Assembly (NCBI GenBank): GCA_013214705.1
Contig: JABSRZ010000003.1
Coordinates: 401,443-465,442, forward strand
DNA: 64,000 nt
Direction of reading: 5' to 3'
From: Hyphomicrobiales bacterium
GTDB lineage: Bacteria; Pseudomonadota; Alphaproteobacteria; Rhizobiales; OSC116
Shown here: positions 47,087 through 58,100 of the stretch, piece after piece
How positions within the stretch are numbered: the stretch's first letter is position 1
Layout: each line of letters opens with the position of its first letter
Notes under the pieces: generated by a model
Database searches by the model: none
Told to the model about the DNA's origin: nothing
What the model saw: only the letters and a program-made list of their open reading frames with translations
Position numbers and translations under genes: made by a program

Positions 47087-47305
47087 ATCTTTCCAGAATG
47101 CGATATGCCGCTCATCGGCATTATCAACTGTGGAAACATCGTCCCACAATCGTTATATAGGCTTGCAACTGAAGCATTAGAAGCGCAAAAAATGCATAGC
47201 TGTTGCACATATTTTGCATGCTTAACTGCCAAATATTGTGAGCAAATTTAACGATCCTGATATTGTGGATATAGTGCTGATAATATTAGGATAATTAATT
47301 TCTAT

Positions 47306-48430
47306 TTATAAAATTTTGGTGCGGAATAACTTAATTTTTAAGCCACCATGGGCAATTGGCGCACCGGTGGCAAGCCACGGCAGCTTGGTGGCGTTGGCAA
47401 GCTCGGTGTCAGATGTGACCATGCCGATACGCCAGCCCTCAAACCGTTCGCGCATAACCTCGCCGAAAGCGGCGTAAAGCGCGTATAAATCTTTCTTTTT
47501 GCCAATTCTGCCACCATAAGGCGGGTTGACAATCACCAGACCAGTTGGGCCTTCGGGGCGGGTGAGGTTAGACAAGGCGACAGGGCTAAATGTGCACAGA
47601 TCGGCCACCCCTGCCCGCTGGGCATTGGCGCTTGAAAAACCAATGACATTTACATTGCGGTCTGAGCCATAAAAATGCTGCGCGCTCTCGCGCTCGGCCC
47701 AAGATTGTCTAATTTTTTGCACGGCATTTTTATCATAAGTCGCAAGTTTTTCAAACGCAAATTCGCGCGCGCGTCCGGCCATCATATGGCGCGATATTTC
47801 AGCAGCTTCGATCAGAAATGTACCTGAACCGCACATCGGGTCAACCACTGGCTCATCGCCAGTATAGCCGCAAGCGCGCAACAATAAAGCCGCCATGGTT
47901 TCGCGCATCGGGGCTTTGCCCATGGCCTGTTTATGGCCGCGCTTGTGCAAACCTGCGCCAGATGTGTCGACCGAAAACAATATATTATTGTCATCAAATC
48001 TAGCTTTGATGACGATTTCAGCCTCTTCCATAGTGTCGGCTATTTTGGCGCCAAACTCTTCAGATATGGCGCGTTCAATGCGCTGCACCGCCGCACCTGC
48101 ATGATATATTTTGCTCTTGCGATTGGTGCTGACATCAACCTTAACCACATTGTCGGGCATAAGAATGTCGCCCCAAGGGTATTTTCGCGCGCGTTTGTCG
48201 AGCTGTGCGACATGAAAAGCCCTAAAGCCGCCAAAGCGCGCCAATACTTTTGACGCACCGCGCAAGGTTAGGTTTGCACGCCACACTTCATCCCACCCAC
48301 CCCAAATGGTCACGCCGCCAACAATGGTTGTAGCGCGTTTAAATTTAGCCGCTTTCACCTCTTGCAGCAGATAAGTTTCTAGACCTGGAGGTGTAGTGAG
48401 TAAAATTTCAAACTCTGGCGAATCGGTCAT
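47306..48430 (-). CDS. THUMP-domain class I SAM-dependent RNA methyltransferase (RlmL N-terminal-module-like)
   Basis: An N-terminal THUMP region and a methyltransferase core with DPMCGSGTFLIEA and VNPPYGGR motifs. Confidence 0.85.
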   Translation of the reverse strand: MTDSPEFEILLTTPPGLETYLLQEVKAAKFKRATTIVGGVTIWGGWDEVWRANLTLRGASKVLARFGGFRAFHVAQLDKRARKYPWGDILMPDNVVKVDVSTNRKSKIYHAGAAVQRIERAISEEFGAKIADTMEEAEIVIKARFDDNNILFSVDTSGAGLHKRGHKQAMGKAPMRETMAALLLRACGYTGDEPVVDPMCGSGTFLIEAAEISRHMMAGRAREFAFEKLATYDKNAVQKIRQSWAERESAQHFYGSDRNVNVIGFSSANAQRAGVADLCTFSPVALSNLTRPEGPTGLVIVNPPYGGRIGKKKDLYALYAAFGEVMRERFEGWRIGMVTSDTELANATKLPWLATGAPIAHGGLKIKLFRTKIL

Positions 48431-48802
48431 ATGTCTAGGCTTCTCTTAAAATATCGATGTTTCTACTATGTCGTGTTTACACTTATCATAAAGCTGAAAT
48501 AAATGGCTATTTTATTAATCTTTAAGCCTAGATAATTTGCAATTTGACTTGGCAATAACCGGTATAAGCGGCAGCTATATTAATTGAAAGGCCAGTAAAG
48601 CGGATGTTTTATCGGCTCATAGTTTAACAACTAAATATAACGGCTATGGGCCTTCTATTGCTATAAATCATCCTATTAATGAAGCATTAAACATGTTTTG
48701 CTAGGTTATGAACGGTATAAATGGCGGTTCCCAGTTAATTTATAAAATCGGTATGCCGCATTATCAGTTATTTTTAATACTCTAGAGGTAACAAACAAAC
48801 AC

Positions 48803-51800
48803 ATGAATATACAAGACATAAACACCAAGCAGAAAATTTTCATCTCTGTTGCTATCCCAATGGGCTTTCTTATAATCATCAGCCTGATATCCACCTATAA
48901 CATTTTCCAGTTGACCGAACGCGACAAACTGGTTGATCACACCCATGAAGTGATAGAAGCGATGGCCGACATTAACTTAGCGGCTGTGAATATGGAAACT
49001 GGTATGCGCGGTTACCTACTTGCTGGCAAAGACGAATTCTTGGCCCCCTATGAAGCCGGCGAAATTGCAGCTTATAATGGCATTGAAACCTTGATAAATA
49101 AAGTTAACGATAACCCAGTTCAGGTTCAACGAATGCTGGATATTTCCAATCTGTTAACGACCTGGCAGCGAAAAGTAACAGATCAGCAAATTGCATTGCG
49201 AAGAGAAATTGGCCAAGCAAAATCTATGGAAGACATGGCAAGTTTGATAGGCGAAGCAAAAGGTAAATTAATTTTTGATAAATTTCGCGAACAAATGGAC
49301 AACTTCTTAGATGCTGAGCGACAATTACTAAAACAGCGGGAACTAGATTTATCAGCTTTGGGTGACACCATAAAATCAGATGTTCTCAACACTCGTTTGG
49401 CGGATACAGACCTTCAACTTATCCAAAAAACAATTATAACTATTGAAAAACTAGGGTTTTTCGCCATCTTAATCAATAGATCTGCGAATGACGCTAGCAG
49501 ATTTTTGGATAAAAATTCGCTCTCTACATTCGAAGTAAACGTTGCCAATTTCAAAAAATCACTGAATATCTTGTCTGAATTGACCACGGACAAGGTCGGT
49601 CAACGGACAATAGTTGAACGAATTTCATCACAATTCTCAGAGTGGAATGAAGCAGTAAATCTGCCAGTTTTTGATTCCGAAACCCCGGTATATGCTCAGC
49701 AAACTCGCGAATTTGGTCAATTTGATTCAGTACAAGAGCAACCGACAGATCAAAATAATAAAATATTCGGCTCTTTACTATCTAGCATCAATCTATTTTC
49801 TGAAGTGCAACACAAACGACTAGACAGTGCTATTAATGGAGTGAAAAATTTAGCTGCAAAAGCTGCTGAAAATATAGAGCATTTTACCGAAGGAGAAAAA
49901 TGGTTGCTTCATTCAAATCGGGTAATACAAAATGCATATAAAGTTATTTTGTCTGCTTTGGACATGGAAACCGGCATGCGAGGTTTTCTGCTATCAGGTA
50001 AGGAAGAATTTTTACTGCCTTATACAATCGGTTCAAACAACATTCAGCAGAGGGTATCGATCTTACAAAAATTGGTCAATGACAACTTAAACCAAGTCGG
50101 AATATTAGACCAAGTACAGGAGACCATTTTGCAGTGGCAGAATGAAGTCACTGAAGTCAATATTAGCTTAAGACGGGTTATTAACCAATCCAAATCCATG
50201 GAAGATATGGCCAAAACGGTTGGCCAAGCTAGGGGTAAAGATTTTTTTGATGAACTACGCTCACTTATGCTGGACTTTAAAACAACCGAATTGGACCTAA
50301 TGATCATTCGCAAGGACATTGTAAATGACACAGTTTCGACCAGCTACTATTTGATTTGGATCGCCTCTTTGATAGCGCTTACATTTGGCCTATTTGCCGC
50401 GCTAACGGTGGGCAACAGCATTGCCAAGCCACTAAGAAAAGTTACACTAGCAATGGAAGGTCTTGCGTCCGGAGACTTGAATACAACCTTAAAAAATACC
50501 AAACGTCGTGATGAAATTGGTATATTGACCCGGGCGTTTAACAGCTTAGTTCAGCAGTTGTCTTTCAAAGACAAAGCGGTTTTAAAAGAAAATAAGGTTA
50601 GGTTAGCAGCCGAGGAGAAGGCCGTAATTGCGAATGGTGCAAAGTCAGATTTCTTAGCCGCGATGAGCCACGAAATCCGCACACCACTTACCGGCGTTAT
50701 CGGCATGACCGAATTATTGCTTGATAGCCCACTTTCGGAGGACCAGCACAAATGGTCGTCGACCATCCTATCATCCGGCTACAGCCTGATGGATATTCTC
50801 AACGAAATACTAGACCAATCTAAACTTGAAGCTGGCATGGTAGAAATTGACAATATTGATTTTCACTTAAAGTCATTTATACAAGAAATTGTTAACTTAT
50901 TTTCGGCCAAGACCAATGAAAAGGGTCTAGAGCTTATTTTAGATTTTGATGATGAACTGCCCAAAGGCATATATGCAGATAAAACGCGCCTAGGACAAGT
51001 TTTAACTAATTTATTAAGTAACGCCGTAAAATTCACCGAACATGGTAGCATTAAAATTAAGGTTGAACAGGAGGCAAAAGCTGGTGACAAATTTATGCTG
51101 CGCGTCGAAGTGCAAGATACTGGCGTTGGGCTGAGCGCAGATGCCCAAGCAAAATTATTTCAACCCTTTACCCAAGCCGATAATTCCACCTCCAGAAAGT
51201 ATGGCGGCACCGGCTTAGGCTTGTCTATTTCCAAACAATTGGTAGAATTAATGGGTGGTGCTATATGTGTGGGTAGCGAGCCGGGTGTGGGTTCTTCATT
51301 TTGGTTCACAATTTTATGCCAACCCGCAGAGGCCAAGGTCGCCGTCCGCGAGCGTCGCAGGTCAATAAACCGTTGGACCGCCTCTCGCAGCCTCAACATC
51401 TTAATTGCTGAAGACAATATAGCCAACCAATTGCTAATTCGGACCATTTTGGAAAAATTAACCCATAAAGTAACCATTGCAGAAAATGGCAAGCTGGCGC
51501 TAGATTTACACCAACAGAATATTTACGACCTAATTTTGATGGATGTGCGCATGCCGATTATGGATGGACTGGAAGCCACTCAGAAAATCCGCGCTTTGAC
51601 AGGGGCAAAAGCAACCATTCCCATCATCGCTTTAACTGCCGACATTTCAAAACAAAATGTCGAACAATATACCCAAGCTGGGATGGATGCGGTTTGTGCT
51701 AAACCAGTTGATATACCAGCCTTGCTGACCGAAATTAACCAGCGTTTAGGCGAAGGCATTCACCAACCAAATTCACAGGCACATCGCAGCGATGAAGCGC

Positions 51801-52294
51801 AAAAACGGCTTGTGTCTCAGGACGATTTTGGCCAGCTTCAAAAAAGGGTGAAAGAAATTCATCAACAACATGATGAAAGCTTTGATTATGACGCTTTGGA
51901 TGACCACCACCCCATGGTTTCGGCCATTGGACTAGAAAAATACAAAGAAATTAGAGTGGGTTTTGAAGACGGCTTACCCATGGATTGTGACAATTTACGC
52001 ACTGCTTTTGAGGCGATTTCAGACACGCCAAATGATGAAGAAAATTACCAAACCTTGAGTTTGCTGATCCACACTTTTAAAGGCTCAGGGGCTAGCTTTG
52101 AGTATGAGTTACTCGCGACTCTGGCCAAGGAAGCCGAACGTATTTTGAAAAATGATTTCCCGGTGAAGCCAGACACATTGGCAATGTTGGACATTCACAT
52201 TGCGGCGATGAAACTCGTAGCAGATCACAAGATATATAGCCCCGAAAGCAAAGCGGGTGAGGCTTTATTAAGCGGGCTTAAAATCAGAAGATAA
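48803..52294 (+). CDS. Hybrid sensor histidine kinase/response regulator: TM, CHASE3, a second CHASE3-like module, TM, HAMP, HisKA/HATPase, REC, HPt
   Basis: Two copies of the CHASE3 core ([21 protein letters not shown] and [21 protein letters not shown]) lie between TM1 and TM2. The H-box is [15 protein letters not shown] and the G-boxes are [12 protein letters not shown] reads ILIAEDN...[13 protein letters not shown]. The C-terminal HPt reads [12 protein letters not shown]. Confidence 0.9.
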   Translation: MNIQDINTKQKIFISVAIPMGFLIIISLISTYNIFQLTERDKLVDHTHEVIEAMADINLAAVNMETGMRGYLLAGKDEFLAPYEAGEIAAYNGIETLINKVNDNPVQVQRMLDISNLLTTWQRKVTDQQIALRREIGQAKSMEDMASLIGEAKGKLIFDKFREQMDNFLDAERQLLKQRELDLSALGDTIKSDVLNTRLADTDLQLIQKTIITIEKLGFFAILINRSANDASRFLDKNSLSTFEVNVANFKKSLNILSELTTDKVGQRTIVERISSQFSEWNEAVNLPVFDSETPVYAQQTREFGQFDSVQEQPTDQNNKIFGSLLSSINLFSEVQHKRLDSAINGVKNLAAKAAENIEHFTEGEKWLLHSNRVIQNAYKVILSALDMETGMRGFLLSGKEEFLLPYTIGSNNIQQRVSILQKLVNDNLNQVGILDQVQETILQWQNEVTEVNISLRRVINQSKSMEDMAKTVGQARGKDFFDELRSLMLDFKTTELDLMIIRKDIVNDTVSTSYYLIWIASLIALTFGLFAALTVGNSIAKPLRKVTLAMEGLASGDLNTTLKNTKRRDEIGILTRAFNSLVQQLSFKDKAVLKENKVRLAAEEKAVIANGAKSDFLAAMSHEIRTPLTGVIGMTELLLDSPLSEDQHKWSSTILSSGYSLMDILNEILDQSKLEAGMVEIDNIDFHLKSFIQEIVNLFSAKTNEKGLELILDFDDELPKGIYADKTRLGQVLTNLLSNAVKFTEHGSIKIKVEQEAKAGDKFMLRVEVQDTGVGLSADAQAKLFQPFTQADNSTSRKYGGTGLGLSISKQLVELMGGAICVGSEPGVGSSFWFTILCQPAEAKVAVRERRRSINRWTASRSLNILIAEDNIANQLLIRTILEKLTHKVTIAENGKLALDLHQQNIYDLILMDVRMPIMDGLEATQKIRALTGAKATIPIIALTADISKQNVEQYTQAGMDAVCAKPVDIPALLTEINQRLGEGIHQPNSQAHRSDEAQKRLVSQDDFGQLQKRVKEIHQQHDESFDYDALDDHHPMVSAIGLEKYKEIRVGFEDGLPMDCDNLRTAFEAISDTPNDEENYQTLSLLIHTFKGSGASFEYELLATLAKEAERILKNDFPVKPDTLAMLDIHIAAMKLVADHKIYSPESKAGEALLSGLKIRR

Positions 52295-52333
52295 AACTTT
52301 ATCTGCTGGTCCGCAAATTTATGGTTTGGTTTA

Positions 52334-53944
52334 TTACAACCTAAAAATGCCAAATTCTGTGGTTTCGATTTTGGCGTTTAAACAGGCCGAAAAAGCCAAG
52401 CCCAACACCCGGCGGGTTTCAGATGGCGCGATGATGCCATCATCCCACAGTCGTGCAGTGGCGTAATATGGATTGCCTTCATCCTCATATTTTTGCAGAA
52501 TTGGCTGTTTAAACGCTTGTTCATCGGCCTTTGACCAATCTTCGCCCTTGGCGTGTTTGGCGTCTCGCTTTAAGGTTGCCATCACCCCCGCTGCCTGCGC
52601 CCCACCCATAACCGAAATACGGCTATTGGGCCATGTGAACATAAAGCGTGGGCTAAACGCGCGGCCACACATGCCATAATTGCCAGCGCCAAAGCTACCG
52701 CCAACCACAAGGGTAATTTTTGGCACTTTGGCATTGGCAACCGCCATAACCATTTTAGCGCCATCCTTGGCGATGCCGCCGGCTTCATATTGTTGACCGA
52801 CCATAAAGCCCGATATATTTTGTAAAAACAGCAATGGTATTTTGCGTTTGGCACATAACTCGACAAAATGTGCGGCCTTAAGTGCCGATTGTGAAAATAA
52901 AATGCCATTATTGCCGATGATGCCAATTGGCATGCCTTCTAAATGCGCGAAGCCACAAACCACGGTTTTGCCGTAAAGCTTTTTGAATTCGCTAAATTCT
53001 GAGCCATCTACAATGCGGGCAATCACTTCTCTTATGTCCACCGGTTCCGATAGGTTTTGTGGGGCGATGCCATTTAACTGTTCACTGTCAAACAATGGCG
53101 GTTCAATAGGCTTATGAACAACGGTCACAGGTTTCTGAAGGTTTAAATTCGCAATAATTTCACGCGCAATTTCAAGTGCGTGATTGTCATTTTCGGCCAA
53201 ATGATCGGCCACGCCCGAAATGCTTGTGTGCATGTCGCCGCCGCCTAAATCCTCCGCCGACACAATCTCGCCAGTTGCAGCTTTCACCAACGGAGGCCCA
53301 GCCAAAAATATGGTGGCTTGGTTACGCACCATTATGGTTTGGTCGCTCATTGCGGGCACATAAGCGCCACCTGCGGTGCAAGACCCCATCACCACCGCAA
53401 TTTGAGCAATGCCTTTGGCGCTCATCTGAGCTTGGTTGTAGAATATGCGGCCAAAATGTTCCCTATCTGGAAAAACCTCGGCTTGGTTGGGCAGGTTAGC
53501 GCCGCCACTATCGACCAAATAAATACATGGCAAGCGGTTTTGTTCGGCAATTTCTTGCGCGCGCAAATGCTTTTTAACCGTCATCGGGTAATATGTGCCG
53601 CCCTTAACGGTGGCGTCATTGCAGATAATCATGCATTCAACGCCCGATACGCGGCCAATGCCAGCAATGAGACCGGCTGCATGAATGTCTGCATCATACA
53701 TGTCATTTGCTGCCAACATGCCAATTTCTAAAAATGCCGAGCCTTTGTCGAGCAATTCTGCAACCCGCATGCGTGGTAATAATTTACCGCGCGCGACATG
53801 TTTGGCCTTCGCGCGCGCGCTACCACCGGCAGCCACTTGGCCACGTTTTTTTGCCAGATGTGCCAATAACTCAGCCATTTTGGCGGCATTTTGTGCATAT
53901 AATTCACTTTTTACATTCATTTCGGTGGTGAGTTTCATATTCAA
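52334..53944 (-). CDS. mccB: Methylcrotonoyl-CoA carboxylase carboxyltransferase (beta) subunit
   Basis: A 536-aa acyl-CoA carboxylase carboxyltransferase. It is adjacent to isovaleryl-CoA dehydrogenase and the biotin-carboxylase subunit. Confidence 0.9.
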   Translation of the reverse strand: MNMKLTTEMNVKSELYAQNAAKMAELLAHLAKKRGQVAAGGSARAKAKHVARGKLLPRMRVAELLDKGSAFLEIGMLAANDMYDADIHAAGLIAGIGRVSGVECMIICNDATVKGGTYYPMTVKKHLRAQEIAEQNRLPCIYLVDSGGANLPNQAEVFPDREHFGRIFYNQAQMSAKGIAQIAVVMGSCTAGGAYVPAMSDQTIMVRNQATIFLAGPPLVKAATGEIVSAEDLGGGDMHTSISGVADHLAENDNHALEIAREIIANLNLQKPVTVVHKPIEPPLFDSEQLNGIAPQNLSEPVDIREVIARIVDGSEFSEFKKLYGKTVVCGFAHLEGMPIGIIGNNGILFSQSALKAAHFVELCAKRKIPLLFLQNISGFMVGQQYEAGGIAKDGAKMVMAVANAKVPKITLVVGGSFGAGNYGMCGRAFSPRFMFTWPNSRISVMGGAQAAGVMATLKRDAKHAKGEDWSKADEQAFKQPILQKYEDEGNPYYATARLWDDGIIAPSETRRVLGLAFSACLNAKIETTEFGIFRL

Positions 53945-53953
53945 CCCTTTAAA

Positions 53954-55126
53954 CTATTTGGTCTCATTAAACATTTCGCGGCCAATCAGCATGCGTCTAA
54001 TTTCACTCGTGCCTGCGCCAATTTCATATAATTTTGCGTCCCGCAGCAAACGCCCGGCCGGGTATTCATTGGTATAACCATTGCCGCCTAAAGCCTGAAT
54101 GGTTTCTAGCGCCATCCACGTGGCTTTTTCGGCGGCGTATAAAATAACGCCCGCTGCGTCTTTGCGGCTCACCTCGCCCCGGTCACAAGCCCGCGCAAAG
54201 GTATAAACATAGGCGCGGCAAGCATTCATAGTGCTGTACATATCGGCCAATTTGCCTTGCATCAGCTGAAATGTGCCAATCGGCTGGCCAAATTGTTCAC
54301 GCACATGCACATAAGGCACAACCACATCCATACAGGCCATCATAATGCCGGTTGGCCCGGCACTCAACACCGCACGTTCATAATCGAGGCCAGACATTAA
54401 TATTTTAACGCCGCCATTCAACTCACCAATGATATTCTCGACCGGCACTTCACAATCTTCGAACACCAATTCACAAGTGTCAGAGCCGCGCATGCCTAAT
54501 TTATCGAGTTTCTGAGCGGTAGAAAAACCTTTAAAGTCTTTTTCGATGATGAAAGTGGTGATGCCCTTAGCACCTAATTCAGGTTCGGTTTTGGCATATA
54601 CCACCAAAATATCGGCCTCTGGGCCGTTGGTGATCCACATTTTGCTGCCATTCAGCAAATAATGATCGCCTTTTAATTCAGCGCGTAATTTCATCGACAC
54701 CACGTCAGAACCGGCATTGGCCTCGCTCATCGCCAAAGCGCCAACATGCTCGCCAGAAATTAACTTGGGCAGGTATTTACGTTTTTGCTCATCGCTACCA
54801 TTGCGGTTAATTTGGTTGACACAAAGGTTGGAATGCGCGCCATATGACAGGCCAACTGAGGCCGAGGCGCGGCTAATCTGCTCATTGACCAAACAATGCT
54901 CCAAATAGCCCATGCCCGCGCCGCCAAACTCTTCGGGCACGGTGATGCCAAGCAGGCCCAATTTGCCAAATTCTGGCCATAAATCGCGCGGGAATTGGTT
55001 GCTCTCATCAATTTCTGCCGCGCGCGGGGCAATTTTTTCATTGGCAAAATTCTTAACCATGTCGGTAATCATATCGGCGGTTTCGCCAAGGCCAAAATTC
55101 ATACTGGGCAAATCGTAAAAGCTCAT
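53954..55126 (-). CDS. ivd: Isovaleryl-CoA dehydrogenase
   Basis: An acyl-CoA dehydrogenase with an IVD-typical sequence (..[30 protein letters not shown]..) and liu-cluster context. Confidence 0.9.
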   Translation of the reverse strand: MSFYDLPSMNFGLGETADMITDMVKNFANEKIAPRAAEIDESNQFPRDLWPEFGKLGLLGITVPEEFGGAGMGYLEHCLVNEQISRASASVGLSYGAHSNLCVNQINRNGSDEQKRKYLPKLISGEHVGALAMSEANAGSDVVSMKLRAELKGDHYLLNGSKMWITNGPEADILVVYAKTEPELGAKGITTFIIEKDFKGFSTAQKLDKLGMRGSDTCELVFEDCEVPVENIIGELNGGVKILMSGLDYERAVLSAGPTGIMMACMDVVVPYVHVREQFGQPIGTFQLMQGKLADMYSTMNACRAYVYTFARACDRGEVSRKDAAGVILYAAEKATWMALETIQALGGNGYTNEYPAGRLLRDAKLYEIGAGTSEIRRMLIGREMFNETK

Positions 55127-55527
55127 TATATGTCCCTCTGATTTTTATTGATTTTTAATTCACTTATTTTATCGGTACAACCTTTTTCGACTCGGTCCAA
55201 TTCGACTAAGGATTCAGTGATGTCAGATAATTTTTGCACCAGAGATTCGCGTTGTTTGGCTATTTTTTCTTGCAGATGCTCTAACTGTTGTAATTCGCCA
55301 GATTTATCATCATACATATCGATAATCACCCGAATTTCGGCCAATGAGAAGCCCATGCGTTTGCCGCGCAAAATGAGCTTTAGCCGGGTGCGGTCGCCAT
55401 CGCTAAAAATGCGATTGCGGCCATTGCGTTGCGGCAATAGCAAGCCCTGATCTTCATAGAATCTCAACGCTCTGGTGGTCAGGCCAAATTCATCGGTTAA
55501 TTGTCTTATCGGTATGTTATATTTCAT
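55126..55527 (-). CDS. liuR: MerR-family transcriptional regulator (LiuR-type)
   Basis: The MerR HTH ([24 protein letters not shown]) plus a coiled coil. It is embedded in the leucine-catabolism operon, and its stop overlaps the ivd start. Confidence 0.85.
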   Translation of the reverse strand: MKYNIPIRQLTDEFGLTTRALRFYEDQGLLLPQRNGRNRIFSDGDRTRLKLILRGKRMGFSLAEIRVIIDMYDDKSGELQQLEHLQEKIAKQRESLVQKLSDITESLVELDRVEKGCTDKISELKINKNQRDI

Positions 55528-55530
55528 AAA

Positions 55531-57465
55531 TCATTCTATTCTCAAAATTAGCTGGCCTTCGCTCACCTGTTCACCGAGGGATACCGCCAAATTTGTAACT
55601 GTGCCTGAAATTTCAGCGACCAAATTATGTTCCATCTTCATGGCTTCGACAATGGCCAAAACATCGCCTGCGACCACTTCATCGCCCAGAGCGACATTTA
55701 ATTTAAACAGGCAGCCGGGCATGGGCGAGGTCACTTGTCCGCCCGCTTCACTTTGCCCGCCATCGTCATAAATACGGGCATCAATCTGATAACCTTTGCC
55801 TTGATCGACAATATAATCGTGCGCATTGCCGTGGATAATGTTGAGCGCTGTTTCACTGGTCACGCCCGGGCGCACACCCGCCGCATCAATGATATATTCG
55901 CCTTGGTGCGGTTGGTTATTAATCATAACATCCATGATGGATTTACGACCATTATTGCCTTGTGCCATGTCAAACGCGTCGGCTCTGTCCCATGCTTGAT
56001 GGGTTTTGGAATTGATGTTTTTGGCATTGATGATTTTTTCAGTCAACATCACTGCTGCCATGGCGCTGACGGCGGTTAAATCTGGTTCATCTCTAGGCTT
56101 GTCAAAAAACCGTTCGATAAAGCCAGTGTCAAAAGTCTCGGCGATAAACTCTGTATCTTCCAAAAGGTCACGTAAAAAACCAATATTGACTTTTACCCCA
56201 GCAATTACAGTGGCACGGAGTGTTTTGGACAATTTGGACAATGCCGCTTTGCGGTTGGGTGCGTGGCAGATAATTTTGGCCATCATCGGGTCATAATGGC
56301 GGCTAATTTCATCGCCGGCCTTAACCCCGGTGTCTAATCGAATGCCGTCAGTTTGCGGCACATCAAAGGCAATAATCTCGCCAATCGAGGGCAGGAAATC
56401 ATGTTCAGCATCTTCGGCATAGACCCGCACTTCAACTGCATGCCCATTAATTGACAATTCAGCTTGGTTTTTGGGTAAGGTTTCACCCGATGCGACCCTA
56501 ATTTGCCATTCAACCAAATCTTGCCCGGTTATGGCTTCGGTGACCGGATGTTCCACCTGCAACCGTGTATTCATTTCCATAAACCAAAACCCATCAGGCT
56601 TTAGACCAGCTGAGCCATCGACAATAAACTCGACAGTGCCTGCGCCTTCATAATCGACCGCTTTGGCAGCACGTATGGCCGCCTCGCCCATGGCTTGGCG
56701 CATATCTGGTGTCATGCCCGGTGCGGGCGCTTCTTCAACCACTTTTTGATGACGCCTTTGTAACGAACAGTCGCGCTCAAACAGGTAGACAAAATTGCCA
56801 AATTGATCGCCAAATATTTGAATTTCAATATGCCGCGGGTTCAGAATGAATTTTTCGATCAGCACTATGTCATTGCCAAATGCAGCCATCGCTTCACGTT
56901 TAGCCGCGCCTAATGCATCTAGAAACTGGCTTTTTTCATCGACCCGCCGCATACCTTTGCCACCGCCGCCGGCCACGGCTTTAATCATTACCGGGTAGCC
57001 AATTTTAATCGCTTGTTCGGCTAAATATTCAGGCTGTTGATTGTCGCCAATATAGCCTGGCACAATGGGCACATCGGCTTGTTGCATTAGCAATTTTGCC
57101 GCATCTTTTAAGCCCATAGATTTAATGGCATGAGCTGACGGGCCAATAAATTTAACCCCCGCATCGGCACATTTTTGCGAGAATTCGGCATTCTCTGATA
57201 AAAAACCATAACCCGGGTGGATGGCCTGCGCGCCAACCTTTAGCGCCAAGGCAATAATTTCATCGGCTTTTAAGTAACTTTCATTCACCGGCGCTGCGCC
57301 AATTAAATGCGCTTCATCGGCCATTTTTACGTGTAACGCATTGGCATCGACGGCCGAATATATGGCAATGGTGCGCACGCCCATTTGCTTGGCGGTGCGG
57401 ATGACCCGACAGGCAATTTCGCCTCTATTGGCAATTAAAATTGAGTTAATCACGAGCCGCTCCAC
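55531..57465 (-). CDS. mccA: Methylcrotonoyl-CoA carboxylase biotin-carboxylase/BCCP (alpha) subunit
   Basis: A biotin carboxylase N-terminus (ILIANRGEIACRVIRTAK), an ATP-grasp domain, and a C-terminal biotinylation motif EAMKME. Confidence 0.9.
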   Translation of the reverse strand: MERLVINSILIANRGEIACRVIRTAKQMGVRTIAIYSAVDANALHVKMADEAHLIGAAPVNESYLKADEIIALALKVGAQAIHPGYGFLSENAEFSQKCADAGVKFIGPSAHAIKSMGLKDAAKLLMQQADVPIVPGYIGDNQQPEYLAEQAIKIGYPVMIKAVAGGGGKGMRRVDEKSQFLDALGAAKREAMAAFGNDIVLIEKFILNPRHIEIQIFGDQFGNFVYLFERDCSLQRRHQKVVEEAPAPGMTPDMRQAMGEAAIRAAKAVDYEGAGTVEFIVDGSAGLKPDGFWFMEMNTRLQVEHPVTEAITGQDLVEWQIRVASGETLPKNQAELSINGHAVEVRVYAEDAEHDFLPSIGEIIAFDVPQTDGIRLDTGVKAGDEISRHYDPMMAKIICHAPNRKAALSKLSKTLRATVIAGVKVNIGFLRDLLEDTEFIAETFDTGFIERFFDKPRDEPDLTAVSAMAAVMLTEKIINAKNINSKTHQAWDRADAFDMAQGNNGRKSIMDVMINNQPHQGEYIIDAAGVRPGVTSETALNIIHGNAHDYIVDQGKGYQIDARIYDDGGQSEAGGQVTSPMPGCLFKLNVALGDEVVAGDVLAIVEAMKMEHNLVAEISGTVTNLAVSLGEQVSEGQLILRIE

Positions 57466-57632
57466 TTAAGGTATGTATTCATTTGATTTACCTTATCGTA
57501 AGTCGAGGGGTGCCAAATTGCAAGTAATCAAGCGTTGGATTGACGTTGATTTCCTATTGTTGGCGATTATTTGTTTGACGCTGAATTTACATTGGTTAAG
57601 CTAGAGCCATAAAAACAACGAAAGAAATCGCC

Positions 57633-58091
57633 ATGCAAGGTTTATATTTTGAACAATTTATAGTCGGCGAAATCATTGAACATGGCTTAAGCAAAACCAT
57701 TACCGAGGCAGATAACATGCTGTTCTGTAATATGACTTTGAACGCCCAGCCATTGCATATTGACAAGCATTTTTGCGAAACGCACAGCGAATTTAAACAA
57801 CCTATAGTCAACTCGTTATTGACATTAGGCTTAATGATTGGCATCAGCGTCAATGACACAACCATAGGTACCACCATTGCCAATTTAGGCATGACAGATG
57901 TGAATTTTCCGGCGCCGGTGTTTCAGGGCGATAGTATTTATGTCAAAACCGAAATTCTCGACAAAAGGCAGAGCAAATCGCGCCCCAATGCTGGCATTGT
58001 CACCATGTTACACCGCGCCTATAACCAAGATAAACTGCTGGTTGCCACCTGCACCCGCAAAGCTTTTATAAAAAAACAGCCAACCGATTAG
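57633..58091 (+). CDS. MaoC-like (hot-dog fold) acyl/enoyl-CoA dehydratase-hydratase
   Basis: A 152-aa MaoC dehydratase-type sequence (..TITEADNMLFCNMTLNAQPLHID..). It is divergent from mccA. Confidence 0.8.
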   Translation: MQGLYFEQFIVGEIIEHGLSKTITEADNMLFCNMTLNAQPLHIDKHFCETHSEFKQPIVNSLLTLGLMIGISVNDTTIGTTIANLGMTDVNFPAPVFQGDSIYVKTEILDKRQSKSRPNAGIVTMLHRAYNQDKLLVATCTRKAFIKKQPTD

Positions 58092-58100
58092 ACTAAGGTT

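Noticed and set aside
48431-48802. A long AT-rich intergenic region upstream of the hybrid kinase (with the 62-aa ORF at 48706-48894). I considered it as a possible sRNA, riboswitch or mobile-element remnant.
   Set aside because: I found no terminal inverted repeats, stable hairpin plus T-tract, or conserved riboswitch-like core. The short ORF overlaps the kinase start and has no features.
57540-57580. A possible LiuR operator: TTGACG occurs twice (57540-57545 and 57575-57580) in the mccA/MaoC divergent region
   Set aside because: I could not find a convincing palindrome of the kind MerR-family regulators bind, and I do not trust my memory of the LiuR consensus. It is left as a search task, not a call.
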